Below are positions 12,801-24,529 of a stretch of 64,000 nt of DNA, piece by piece. The number at the start of each line of letters is the position of its first letter. The first letter of the stretch is position 1. The DNA comes from Narcine bancroftii. Lineage: Eukaryota. The stretch is taken from assembly GCF_036971445.1 (NCBI RefSeq), contig NC_091479.1, positions 8,060,001 to 8,124,000 of the forward strand, written 5' to 3'. Under the pieces are notes generated by a model, which worked only from the letters and a program-made list of their open reading frames with translations, had not been told where the DNA came from and searched no databases. A program made the translations under genes and the position numbers.

Positions 12801-15800
12801 ATGCAGCAGGTTGCTCGGACTTTGCACCACTCCACACATCCTCATGAAGTGGGAAGCTAGTGGCTGAAGGCATTGACTTCAGAGAGAGATCGTGCTCTTT
12901 CTCAAAGGCACTATTGAAGGCAGTTGTTATCTGGCTGCTTCCTTGCTCAGTGCTTGGTGAAGGTCCCTTCTTATCATCTGTGTAGAGAGAAGACTTGGCT
13001 TCTTTGTCTTGGCTCTCATTTACTCGATCCTCTCGAGGAACCATCTCACAGGGCCAATCTTCTGGAGATGGCGTGTGGGATGGAGCGGCAACAGTGTTGG
13101 AGTCCTCTTGCAAAAAGCACTGAGATTCATAAGAAGGGGGGTCCCATTTGCTGTAATCGACCACAGGCTTTACATCAGCGCTTGCCAGCTCTGTTTTGCT
13201 TCTTGGAAGTCTCTCGGTCTCTGAAGGCGACACCTGCTCTCCTTTGGGGCCTGTGTATCCAATGTCGGGTTCCCATGGACATGGTTTCGTGACGGTGTCT
13301 TCAGGCCTGCCAAGAGATTCTGCTTCCTCCTTAACCTGCTCGTAGGATATCATTCCACTTGCGGGAACATGTGCCACAGGCAGTGAGGGCTCCGATGATA
13401 ACAGGTTGTTCAGCAAGTCATTCTCTTTTAATTCTACGGGGCTTGCTTTCTGGTCTGCTGGTGTTACGTCTTCAGGGATAAGTTGCTTTGAAAATTCTTC
13501 CTCGCTTTTTGGCTTTGGCAATTTCTCTGCAGGTGGGATTAGCTCCATAATTTCAGGAAGAGCTTCCTCTTCTGGTTTTGTTATTCTTTCTCCCTGATCT
13601 TTTAGTTTGCCCTGTGTCTCACTGATGTATTTGTCTAGTGTTTCGATTGGCGAGTATCCACATTTAAATTGGACTTCTTCACTTGGTAAATTCCCCTTTT
13701 CCAAATCGCTTATGGAGAATGTCAGTGTTTCAGTTTTCAATTTCTCCAGCTTTTCTTCTGATTGTGCAGGGATCTTAGGCTGTGTATCCTTCTCTACTCT
13801 TTCTGTTGTATGTTCTGCGTCCAGCGCACCCTTTCCCACGTGCTCCTCACTGGCAGTTTTCTTTTCTGGGCCTGCCTCCATTTTTCCAGAAGCCACCAAT
13901 TCACTCTCCATTGGACCTACAGGTTTTGCCTGCAAGATGCCTGTTTCCTTCCTGGTGGTAGCTGGTGCTTGCTTCTCTGGAAGTTCTTTGTCCATCTTTT
14001 CAACATCTTCACTTTTGGTTCCCAGTTCCCTCACTAGGTCATCTTTTGAAACCTTTTCCATGTCTGATCGTTCCTGCTTCTCTTGTTTGCTCTTTTCAAT
14101 ATCCATACAGATTGTGCCCAGTTCTTTGCATTCAGTCTTTGTTTCATCGAGAGATCTTTTCTCTGAAACCGCTTGTTCAATCTTTTCTATATCTTCAGGA
14201 CTCTTTTTCAAATCTTCCTTCTCACTTTCCATTTTCTCACTCCTACCAACGTCCATAGACATTGGTTCCCATTCCTTGTGTCCAGTCTTGGTATCAATTG
14301 ACTTTTTCTCTGCTATCTCTTCTGCAACCTTTCCAACATCACCAGGTTTCTTTTCCAAATCCACTTTCTCACTCTTTCCAACATCCATAGAAATCTTCTC
14401 TAATTCTTTGTCTGCAATCTTACTGTCCTCAATAGACTTCTTCTCTGGCATCTCTTGTACAGTCTTTTGGACATCTCCAATATCTTTTCCCAAATCCTCT
14501 TTCTCACTTTTAGCTGGATCAATGGACATTTTCTCCAGTCCCTCAGATTCAGTCTTTCCAACATCAATCGTTTTCTTCTCTGACACCTCGTGGTCAACCT
14601 TTTCACTTTCTCCCACTCCTTTTTCCTCGTCCCTTTCCAAAATTTCAATAGCAACAGGTTTTGTCTTTAATTCCCCTTTATCAACCTCTCGCTCCTTCCC
14701 CAATTCTTCCTTCTCACTCTTTCCAACATCAATGGACATTTTCTCCAATTCCTCATGTTCAGCATCTACAGTTTTTTGAAAATATTTTTCCTTCTGCTCA
14801 GCTTCAACTGTTTTATTTTCCAGTTCCCGCTTTTCACATTTTCCAACATTGAAAGAGATCTCCTCTAGGCCCTTTCGTTCAACTTTATTATCATCAACAG
14901 ATTCCTCATCTAGTATTTCTTGATCAATCTTTCCAACTTCTCCAGGTCTCTTGTCCAAATCGTCTTTCTCACTTCTCACTTTTTCGCTCTTTCTTACGTC
15001 AAGAGAGATCTTCCCCAAGTCTTCCTCCTTGTTCTTTCCCTCATCGAGAGGGATAGTCTTTGTCTCCTGGATTTTGGCAGCTGCAGGTTGCTTTTCTGGA
15101 GTCTCGGCCATGGCAGACGGCTCCTCTTTGTCCATCCTTTCAAAGGACCTAGGTTTCTGCTCCAGAACGTCCAAAGCCAATGGTTCAGCTTTGGTGATTA
15201 CGGTTTCTGGGACAACTCTCACATCCTCTTCACCAATGATAGATTCTTTAGCTGGCTCTTTTTCCACCTTTTCAATGTCCTCTTTTTTTGCGAGGAATTC
15301 CTTTCCGATCGTTTCAGTGGCTGGTGATTTCTCCCCAGGGATCTGGATTTTGGCCGGGGAAGGCTTCCAATCTTGAACATCCCTCTCCATTTTCTCAGTT
15401 GTCGCATGCTCGGTTTCGTGGGCGTCTTTCTCCATCTTCTCCATGGCTCGGAACTCCTGTGCGTGAATCATTTCCTCTTTTGAAGTCAGCCCAGACTCAT
15501 AGACTGCAGAGTTCAGGTCACTCAATGTATAAGGCAGGACAGGTTCTCCGAGGGAGTCAGGCTTCAGTGGCAAGTCACCAAGGAGACCTTGCCTTAAACT
15601 TGACAAATCTTCACTCCTGAGTGCTTCATCCATGGGCAGGGTCGTCTCTTGGGTGGCCTGGTCTTCCAGCTCAGTCCTTTCCTCAACGGGTGACTGGTGG
15701 AAAGGCGTGTGCCCTGCACTGGTGGGTCCCGACTGTGTTGGTGAGGCCATCTTCACCGTGCTTTCATCAGGGCTGATACATTTCTCGTCGCTTTCCGGCA

Positions 15801-18800
15801 AATCAGTGTCGAAGTGCAAGGAATGTTTGGGCTTGTTATCGGTATCCTGAAGGTCCATAGTTTGTATGTCAGTGGCAAAGGTGCCTGGTAGATAGGGAGA
15901 TGGGGAGGTCTTTTCTGGGAACATTGCAGTGTATTGTTCCTTAAGTTTAGTGGGGACTTCCACGTTCGGTGTCTGGTCCTCCTCTTCATCCTCCTCCTCC
16001 TCCTCCTCCACTTTAGCAACTTCTTCTGTGATGGGGCGGAAGTCCTCAGAAGGTGGGGATTTGAAGTACTTGTCTTCTTCCAGCGAGGAGGTTGGAGAAA
16101 TAGTGCCCGCGGACGGGATGTAATCTCTGCCCTGGGTGGCCTCCGACCTGGAGGAAACCATGCTGTTGACAGTGTCGAGCAGCAGGGAACTCTTCCCGGT
16201 CTCCTCAGTCTGAGGTGCCGTTACTGAGGCCACAGACTGATCCTCTGCCACCGATGTGGCGAAGGACGACAGCTTATCACATTCAGTGATGGATGCTGCA
16301 GAAGAGACATGCTCCTCCTCAGCCAGCGGGGCTGCAACCATCTCTGAGGGATAGACCACAATCTCAGGCTCTTCTTTGGAAAAGCCCTTGGCCACCATCT
16401 CAGCTCCTGCCATAGCTCTGATCTCCTTCATTCCATGGACTGCGTCAAATGACCTGGTGTCGTCTGGCACCGAGATATCGTATGTATCAACTTCATATTT
16501 TAGGTGAGGAATTTGTTCTTCTTGCTCATCGTGAACCTCTTCATCGGAGATAGTTTGCTCCGTCTCTGAATAGCCAGGGATGGTTTCATCCTGGATGTAC
16601 GAGATGGGCTCTGCTGCTACTCCCGGGCCTGGAGGCAGCTGTGTTGGCACCGATACCTCCTTGGCCTTTGCCACTTCAGATCCCGGTGTTGAGAGTTGCT
16701 TCTTCTCAGACGCAGGTGTTTCACGCTCAAAGATGTCCTTGTCTTGTTTTTCTCCAAGGTGCACCTCCTGTCCCAGTTCCTCATGGAAGACACTCTCCTT
16801 TTCCTTAGTTTTTACTTTTTTGTCTTCATCGGCACCTTCTACCGTTTCTTCCAGTTCTGCTTTTTCCACCACTTCTTCACCCTCACTGTCTTCAATCTGC
16901 TCCCTTGTCTTCAATGATTCAATGTATCTCTCACATTTCTCCATTTCCTCCTCTTCATCTTTCCTTCTGACTTCTTTTCCCAGTATTTCTGGAGACCCCT
17001 TTTGCTCCTCAGCCAGGTATTCTTCACCCTCGCCATCGCGGTGAGTGTCTTCATCCTTCCCTGCCCTCTCCACTTTTCCATCGAACTCACTCATTTCCAG
17101 CGACTCTTCCAACGCAGCGCCTTCATCTTCAAGAATCTTTTCAGCCAAGTTTTCGGGCTGGCTAATACCCTGCCCCTCGAGAGGAGGCACTCCCTGCACA
17201 GCTCCTGTGATTATTCCCTCACCCAGAGGTTCAAGAGGGGACTTTGAGTCAATGGTAAGTGGTCCGGTGGTCTCCTGCTGAGTGCTCTCCTCACTCCGGT
17301 CTTCCGGTCTTTCCTTCTCTGCTGGGGCTACTCCTTCCACTTTTCCAAGATGCTTGGCAGCTTCAACGTTGGCTGCCTCTTCAGTTCTCAGCTGTTCAAA
17401 GTCCTTGGACAGGTCCTCAGGCGATGACATGATGGACCTCTCCTCCTGTAACTCTGCCGCGCTTGGTTCTGTGGGTGCCACTTTGGCCAGGGCAGGCTCG
17501 ACCTTGGCCACCACCTCTTTGGCCACTTTGCTTTTGGCAGAGTCCGTTTTCTTGCCCGGAACCTTGGCCTTGTGTAAAGTTTTCCTAACTTCCGGAGTGA
17601 AGGACTTTAAATCAGCTTTTAACAGTTTCTTGGATTCCTTCTTGGTCTCCTTCTCCTTCTTCACATCCTTTTTCTCCTCTTTTTTTACATCTTCCTTCTT
17701 GACTTCCTTCTTTTCCTTTTTAATCTCCTTCTTCTCCTTGTCCTTTTTCTCTTCTGATTTGGCCAACTTGTCCTTGACGTGCTTTTTCACCGTCTTCTCC
17801 TTGGCTAGCTTTTTCTTCTCTGTTTTAATTATGTCTGTCGTTGCTTTCTCCACTTCTGTCTTCCCCTTCTTCTCCTCTTTCTTTTCCAGTCTATTCTCTT
17901 TCAGAGCCTCCGTCTTGATCTCTGGGTGTTTGGTGGGTGTCTCTTCGGCGGGTTCCTCCTTCTTTGCTGGCTTCAGGGCAGAGGGCTTGGGCGAGGATTT
18001 GAGACTCTCTTTGCTGTCGGTCCTCTGCCATATTTTGGACTGCTTCACCATGGGTGGGGTTAAGCCTCCCGCGAGATCCTTCTGTGTGGCGACTGGGTAC
18101 TTGAGAAAATCCAGGTGCTTCAGCTTCTCTAGCCCTTCCAAGATCTTGTTCTGGGGTGCGTTGCCGGGGAACAACACTCGGACTATTTTCTCGGAGGGGT
18201 TGGCAGGATGCCACACCATGAGAGCTGTAATGGAAGTGAGATACGGCACTGAAATCTCGCCCTCTTTGCCGTTGGGCAGCTTGATTCCAGTCTTTGCTTT
18301 ACTGTTTCCCGCCCATTTTTGCATCAGGAATTGCATTTCCTTGCTGTCTTTGACGGGATTAAGGATGTACATGTCTAACCGGCCAACTCCCATTTTGTGG
18401 AATAGTGGAATTGGGTCAATGGTGGCAGCCACAACCCTATTGAGAGGTTCTGGGTTGACTCCCAGTTTAGTCAGGTACTGCAGTGTTAAGCAGGCCTCTT
18501 CAATGCTTCGCTTCACCTTCATGGAGGACTCCTGCATTTTTAGTTTGTCAGGAACATTGAAGAAGACCACCCCCAGCTCAGGGGAGATCAGGTTCTTCAT
18601 CCAGTCGCTGTAGGTGGTGGACCCTTGTGATTGCTCCTCATCCTGCTCTGCGATTTTTCTCTGAAGCAGCCCGTTAATCCCGGGTAAATTGTCTGCCCCA
18701 ATATGCGTCAGCAGTATGGAGTCAATCCGGTCCAGGTGACGGACCAGCTTCCAGAAGCAGGACTTCCTCTCAGAGCCGCCGTCCACCAGGATGTTAAATC

Positions 18801-19119
18801 CGTTCACAGCAAAGAGCGCCGAATCTCCCCTGCCCCCAGGGAAGATGTAGCAGCATGGTTTGGACAGTTTGAGGAAGCCCCCAGAGGTCGGAGGTTCCAG
18901 CAGGTCAAAGGGCGAGGGCACCTCGACAGACTCGGTGAGGTACTCCGTGAATTCAGAGACGCCATCCATCTCGGGCAGCTTGGGCACTGGGTTCAGTTGA
19001 ATGTCGATGTATCCCTGGAGATTGTGTTGCCCAAGGTTGCTCCAATCCCCTTCTCCAGGGTGGCAGATGGTGATGCAAGCCTTGATGTCGGCTTCAGGGC
19101 CGCTCAGGAGTTCTGTCAC
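9816..19119 (-). CDS. MAP1A: MAP1A giant exon (9304 nt; heavy chain plus start of LC2)
   Basis: Lies within ORF 9724..19167. Acceptor gttgacccag|GTG at 19119, donor TCAG|gtaag at 9816 (phase 0 to 1). Contains MDGVSEFTEY...SPFDLLEPPTSGGFLKLSKPCCYIFPGGRGDSALFAVNGFNILVDGGS (MAP1 N-terminal domain), KKE repeats, and the DSDVPPETE and PDVCMVDPE motifs. Confidence 0.97.
14035..15055 (-). repeat. Degenerate 15-aa coding repeat (45-aa higher-order unit) in the MAP1A heavy chain
   Basis: Recurrent LEKxSxDVGKSEKxD / xEKKSIxxxK / LxKxxGDVxK blocks in the translation. Confidence 0.8.
17610..17970 (-). repeat. KKE/KKEE coding repeats (MAP1 microtubule-binding region)
   Basis: Translation ...EEKKDKEKKEIKKEKKEVKKEDVKKEEKKDVKKEKETKKE..., the known basic repeat region of MAP1A/B. 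Confidence 0.85.
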
Positions 19120-19362
19120 CTGGGTCAACAGGAAGGAAAGGGTGTCAGCATCATCCAGCCACACCATACACGTCAGTTAGTCACTTAGGCAAATCGGATA
19201 TCACAGCAAGATGGACAAGGAGAACCTTGGGGAGGGAAGGACCAAATAAATCAGATCGTGAAGGCGGAGACCAACTGGGGTGAGCCACCCTTTAGTTCCA
19301 AGCTCTCAAGGTCACACACCACCTGAACGTGAAACAAATTCACCCTTTCATTGGGTCTAGAT

Positions 19363-19738
19363 CAGTGGCTCTCAACCTTTTCCTTTCCACTCACATCCCA
19401 CCTTAAGTATTCCCTCTGCCATCAGTGGTCTGTGATTAGTAAGGGGATTGCTTAAGGTGGGATGTGGGCGGGAAGGGAAGGTTGAGACTCACTGCTCTCG
19501 ACCCAATTGTTACTGAAATATTTGGCTTGAGAAAAATTGTCATTGGCCCATTTCCTTTGGAGTTCTGAAAATGTGCACATAACGAGTCAATGAGGGACGA
19601 TTAAAACAGAGGTTTTCAAACGTTTTCTTTCCCCTCATATACCACCTTAAGTAATCCCTTACTAATTACAGAGCCCCAATGGCACAGGGAATACTTAGGG
19701 TGGAATGTGAGGGGAAAGAAAAAGTTTGAAAACCACTG
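19363..19738. mobile_element. hAT-Charlie-type composite MITE (two palindromic units of about 130 bp)
   Basis: Ends CAGTGGCTCTCAA ... TTGAAAACCACTG; units at 19363-19494 and 19607-19738. Flanks GTCTAGAT / GTCAAGAA fit the NTCTAGAN target. Confidence 0.8.
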
Positions 19739-20690
19739 GTCAAGAACTTAGAACACTACAGCAGAGTACAGGCCCTTCAGTCCTTGATGTTGTACTGACC
19801 CATATATCCTTTAAAAAAAGTACTAAACCCTCCCTACCCCATTACCCTCTATTTTTTTTCCATTCATGTGGCAAAGAGTTTCTTAAATGCCCCTAAAGCT
19901 TCAGGCTCCACCACCACCCCTGCAAGGTATTGCAGGCCCCCACAACTCTCTGTGTAAAAAGGGGGTCAATCCTGGAACTGTCTCCCCAGCAGCAGTGGGG
20001 GAGCTCCTTCATGAGGACTGCGGTAGTACATGCCCAGCTTCTTAACAGATAATTATGGATGGTCAAAGAAGGAAAAGGGCCAGGCCCATCCAAATCCGGG
20101 ATGGGCCATCATGAAGCAGACCTGGCATTGACGCTAGGATCATTGACGCTGGGGCATATCTGCCCCACAACCTCTCCCTGGATTGTGACAGGTGGGGGCG
20201 GGGGTTGCATGTTGCCAATTCTCCCTCTCCCTTTACTTCCTCACCCGAAGTCAGGATTCAAGATGATTTTATTGTCATACAATAAAACAGAAAATGTGAT
20301 ATTACACAAAATTTATTGTAGTCTTCTGTAAGACAGACAAAGATTCAGTATCAGTAGAAATTTCCCAGTGCCCCTTCCAGCCAGGAAAGAAAAGCAAAAG
20401 AGAGTCTCTCCCCCCACCCCCCCCCTCCCCAGGATCACTGAATGCCCATGGCTTCGCCTTCAGTCCAAACCATCAGGAACCCGAGCTCTAGATCCAAATC
20501 TCTGTCATGACCAGCACCCACTCACATCCCGGCACCCTCACCCGGTGCCCCTTCAGGCAACTCTGAGCCAACCTCCAGAAGTCCGCAGCCTGGTGTGAGA
20601 ACCTTGACCACAGTCGCCCGCATCCCACATCGAAGTCGCGCACAGGCTACCTATTACAACTTGTAACGGTTCACGAGGGTGAGCCCTCAC

Positions 20691-20831
20691 CTCTGGATCC
20701 GCAAAGGTCTCGACGAACCTCTGAAAGGTGTACGTGCCAGTCTGTAGTATCAGGTCACCTCCCGGTTCGGTGGTTTGTCCACACAAAATCAGGAGCTTAT
20801 GGCGGGAGGAGTCTGTCACCAGAGAGTGAAC
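20691..20831 (-). CDS. MAP1A: MAP1A exon equivalent to MAP1B exon 4
   Basis: ccctttcag|VHSLVTDSSRHKLLILCGQTTEPGGDLILQTGTYTFQRFVETFADPE|gtgagg; 141 nt, phase 0/0. Matches the MAP1 HKLL.L.GQ...G.LILQ.G motif. Confidence 0.93.
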
Positions 20832-22604
20832 CTGAAAGGGAAGCCAAGAGAGTTACACACAGGGACCCCAATATCCCTTCCCCTCCACCTGACGGGGCCT
20901 AGCAACAATGACAGAAGCTGGAAACCACTTGGCCCTGCTAGTCTGCCCTGCCATTCATGGGTGATCTTTACTGACCTCAACTCTTCCCCACAACCCTCAA
21001 CACCTTGACCTTCACCAAATATTCCTATTCATTCACATTCCACCAGGGAAGAGAATTCCAGAGATTCAGGGAAGGAATTTTGATGTACAAGCCCTCCCCA
21101 GGTTACGAATACCCAACGTGCAGTCAAGCACCCAGCACGATAAAACTATATTCAAATGAGAACCAGTCTTTGAAAAAAAATCTGTTCACAATTCACATGC
21201 CCTGCAGTAATCAGACATCATTTCTTGAGAACACAGACTGATGGTTTCATTAGATTCAGGAGTTCTGGAGATAGATATGTGATGACGCTTCCTTTAACAA
21301 TGCAGCAGGCCACTGACCATTCAAACCCATCAAAACCAGCCATAACAGGTGCCTGTCCTAATCCTGTATTACCGTAACTAGGTAGGGGAGGTCCCCGAAT
21401 AAACGTTCATGTTAATTGACCCCCCCCCCACTCACTGTAATGTTGTTGATATCGGGTGAATGCATTGAGTGATTCTGTACTGATATTCTCTGACAAATCA
21501 ACTTACGGACATCTGAGAATATCCATTTGAAATTCATAAGATGTACCTCTCTTATCCGGCACTCTGTGGATCGGCAACTCGCATGTGAGAGTACAAACTC
21601 CTTACAGACAGTACGGGACCTGAACCCCGGTCCTGATCGCTGTAAGGGCTAACCGCTACATTAACCGCGCCGCCCCATAATATTATTTCCTGTTTTAGGC
21701 TTTGATCTACCTTTGATGTTTATATGGGGGGGGGTCCCCATATGGGTCAGTTTCTGTTTTCCAGCATTTTCTGTGGTCCAGCAATGGCCAGGTCCCAATG
21801 TCGCCAGATTAAAGAGATACAACCTGCACCTCATCTTTAAAAGATCAGACCCTTGTTACTAAGGTTCCTTGTTTGAGAACCTCCCATTCGTAAAACATCG
21901 GAATGTTTAATAGTGTATATGTTAGTGTATTAAGGCAGAGTACATAGAACTTTCCAGCACAGAGCAGGCCCTTCAGCCCTTGATGGGCCATAAAAAAACC
22001 GAAACCCTCTCCACCCCATAACCCTCTATTTTTATTTCATCCATGCGCCTGTCCAAGAATCTCTTAAATGCCCCTAAAATTTCAGCCTCCACCACCATCC
22101 CCGGCAAGTCATTCAACACTTACCCCTGATGTCCTGCCTAAACTTCCGTCCCTTCACTTTGTACATGTGTCCCCTGCTGTTTACTATTCCCACCCTGGGA
22201 AAAAGATAGATATCTAAATAGTCCGGGTATCAATGGTTATGGGGAGAAGGCAGGGGAACGGGGCTGAGTGGGAGAATGGATAGAATGGTGAGTGGCCCAA
22301 AGGTTGACTGCTCCGATATCTTATGGTCTAACATCTACCAAGTCAAACCACACCATGGTGATTGTCGATGGCTACTCAAAACATTGATCCAGCAAAACTG
22401 AGGTCAAGGTGGTCACAATGAGTCATGTGACCTGGACGTTCAGTTCAGAAACTGGGGTGACCATTGAACTCCCCGGGCGGGGTTTGATGTCATTGCCTTG
22501 CGCTCTGTCACGTAACGTGGTGTTACAACGGCCGCTGACTTACTGCAGGCAGAGGAGAGAGCAGATGCTGGAATCTGCTGGAGGAAATCAGTGGGACGAG
22601 TGGC

Positions 22605-23490
22605 ATAAGACCGTGGGGATAGAAGCAGAAATAGGCCATTCAGTCCATCAGGTCTGCCCCAGCATTTCATCACGAGCTGATCCATTTTACCCACTCAGTT
22701 CCACTCCCCGGCCTTCTCCCCATAACCTTGGATGCCCTGTCTAATCGAGAACCTATCAATCTCATCCTTAAATACACCCAATGACCCGGCCTCCACAACC
22801 GCTTGTGGCAACAAATTCCACAGATTCACCGCCCTCTGGCTGAAGAAATTCCTCTGCATCTTTGTTCTAAGTGGATGCCCTTCAATCCTGAAGTTCCCAC
22901 CCTGGAAAACAATCTTTCTACGTCTACTCCGCCCATGCCTTTCAACATTCAAAATGTTTCAGTGAGATCCCCCTCATTCTCCTAAATTCCAACAAATACA
23001 AACACTCCTCATATGAATCATCCCCAGAATCATCCTTGTGAACCTCCTCTGCACCCTCTCCAATGTCAGCACATAAATGAGGAGCTCAGAACTGCTCACA
23101 ATACTGCGGGTGAGGACTCACCAGGGTCTTATAAAGCCTCAACATCACATCACATCCCTGCTCTTACATTCTATTCCTCTTGAAATGAACGCCAGCGTTG
23201 CATTTTCCTCCTTCACCCCCGACTCAACCTGCAAGTTTACCTTCAGGCTATTTAGCACAAGAACTCGCAGGTCCCTTTGCATCTGGGTATTTTCAATTAA
23301 TCCCCATTTTTTAAAAATATAGTCTGCCCGTTCATCTTTCTACTAAAGTACACGATCAAACATTTTCTGACATTATATTTCAGTTGCCATGTCTCTGCCC
23401 GTTCTAATCTGTTTCAGTCCTAGTTTCCTCCACGCTTCCTGCTCCTCCACCGACCTCCGTATCATCCGCAAACTTGACAACATAGCCACT
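22605..23490 (-). mobile_element. Degenerate CR1-type 3' fragment
   Basis: VKFADDT and NFFSQRAVNLWNLLP remnants, plus a CR1 tail at about 22605-22660. Confidence 0.75.
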
Positions 23491-23947
23491 CATTCCATCA
23501 TCCATTCTCTCTGGGAGAAAAGGAATGGTGAGCGTCCTGAGCCGAAACCCTTCATTGAGTTTCTGAAGTGAGAAGGTCAGAGAGGGTAAAATGAGTGGGT
23601 GTTCAAGAGTAATGGGAGTAGTCGGGATGCAAGAGGGGTCTTCGGTGGGAGGGGAGATACTCCTTCCAAGGATGCAGGTGCCACACATGGAGCTCAACAT
23701 CGTGACTGGCACAGAACTGAGAATGACCAAAGTCACGGCTTTTAGAATGACTGTGTGCGCCAGTGAATACGATGATCCTGAAAACTTAAAAATGTCCCCT
23801 CAAAATTGGGACATTTTATACGTCGGGTCAAAAATCCGATCCTTGACAGTGAAGTCTCAACACTGGTGCCATCTTCCCCCTCCCCCTCCATGTCCTATCC
23901 CCATCCCACCAGTTCCGACTTCAGTCTCGGTCATGCCCTCAGCTCAC

Positions 23948-24110
23948 CTTCCCCGCGCTGACCAGTTGACTCACCTCCAAGTGAGTGGCGACCATGAAAA
24001 GAACACGCGCACATTGAGGGGCATTGCTGCTTCAGCGGGGAAAACTGCACATGTCCAGTGAAGTCTCAGCGCTCCCCTGCGGGGTCCATCTGTACGGGCT
24101 TTAAATGGCC
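23948..24110 (-). promoter_or_regulatory. Candidate alternative promoter and first exon of MAP1A (MVATHLE[VSQLVSAGK])
   Basis: TATA-like CATTTAAAG at about 24100-24105; ATG at 23995; donors GAG|gtgagt (23975) and AAG|gtgagc (23948), both phase 0 like the next exon. Confidence 0.5.
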
Positions 24111-24446
24111 TGTTACAGGAGCCAACGGTGGTTTATTTTAAAATATGCCAATAACATTAAAACCTTTACAGGGTAATTTTGTATTAAAATATTGTGACAA
24201 CATCACTCCACTGGTCAGGGGTAAGTTCCAAGCTTGGATATAGCTGAAAACCTGCATTCTAGGTGGAAAATCTAGGGTTACCTGATGCATGAATCGTACA
24301 ATTAGTTCACAGAACATGGGTCTCATGGATTAGAAGAACACATCTGCCCACCTCTCCTCCTCCTTGAACCAGTGCAGGGTAGGACAGGGATGGGACACTG
24401 GTAAGGAATGGAGGGCTGTGACTGGGTGATTCGGTGAGCCATTTAC

Positions 24447-24529
24447 CTCAGAGGCGATGGTATTTTCGGCAGGATTTACCAGGACCACGGTTTCGAGCTC
24501 ATCACTCCTGTGGTGGAGCGTCTTCTGGC
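24447..24529 (-). CDS. MAP1A: MAP1A exon equivalent to MAP1B exon 3
   Basis: tctctttccag|(G)QKTLHHRSDELETVVLVNPAENTIASE|gtaaat; 83 nt, phase 1 to 0. Matches MAP1B GQKILHHRSDVLETVVLINP. Confidence 0.93.

Noticed and set aside
13607-18613. Long + strand ORFs (13607..14779, 17282..18613, also 9770..10456) as antisense genes
   Set aside because: S/F-rich shadow frames produced by the Glu/Lys codon bias of the MAP1A exon; no recognisable domain.
9724-19167. ORF ends (MVWLDD... start and ...RPFFSL stop) as true protein termini
   Set aside because: Splice sites at 19119 and 9816 join in phase to neighbouring conserved exons; the overhangs are intronic.
21541-21826. Tigger/Tc1-like MITE with a SINE fragment inside
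   Set aside because: Only partial terminal similarity (CCTCTCTTATCCGG vs CCAGATTAAAGAGATACAACCTG) and no clear TA TSD; too weak to list as a feature.
4007-24529. Assignment as MAP1B or MAP1S
   Set aside because: Diagnostic residues (MDGV, NILVDGGS, LVRHLDRIDS, IGADNL, THDTEVTREWYQQ, KIEF) and the size fit MAP1A.
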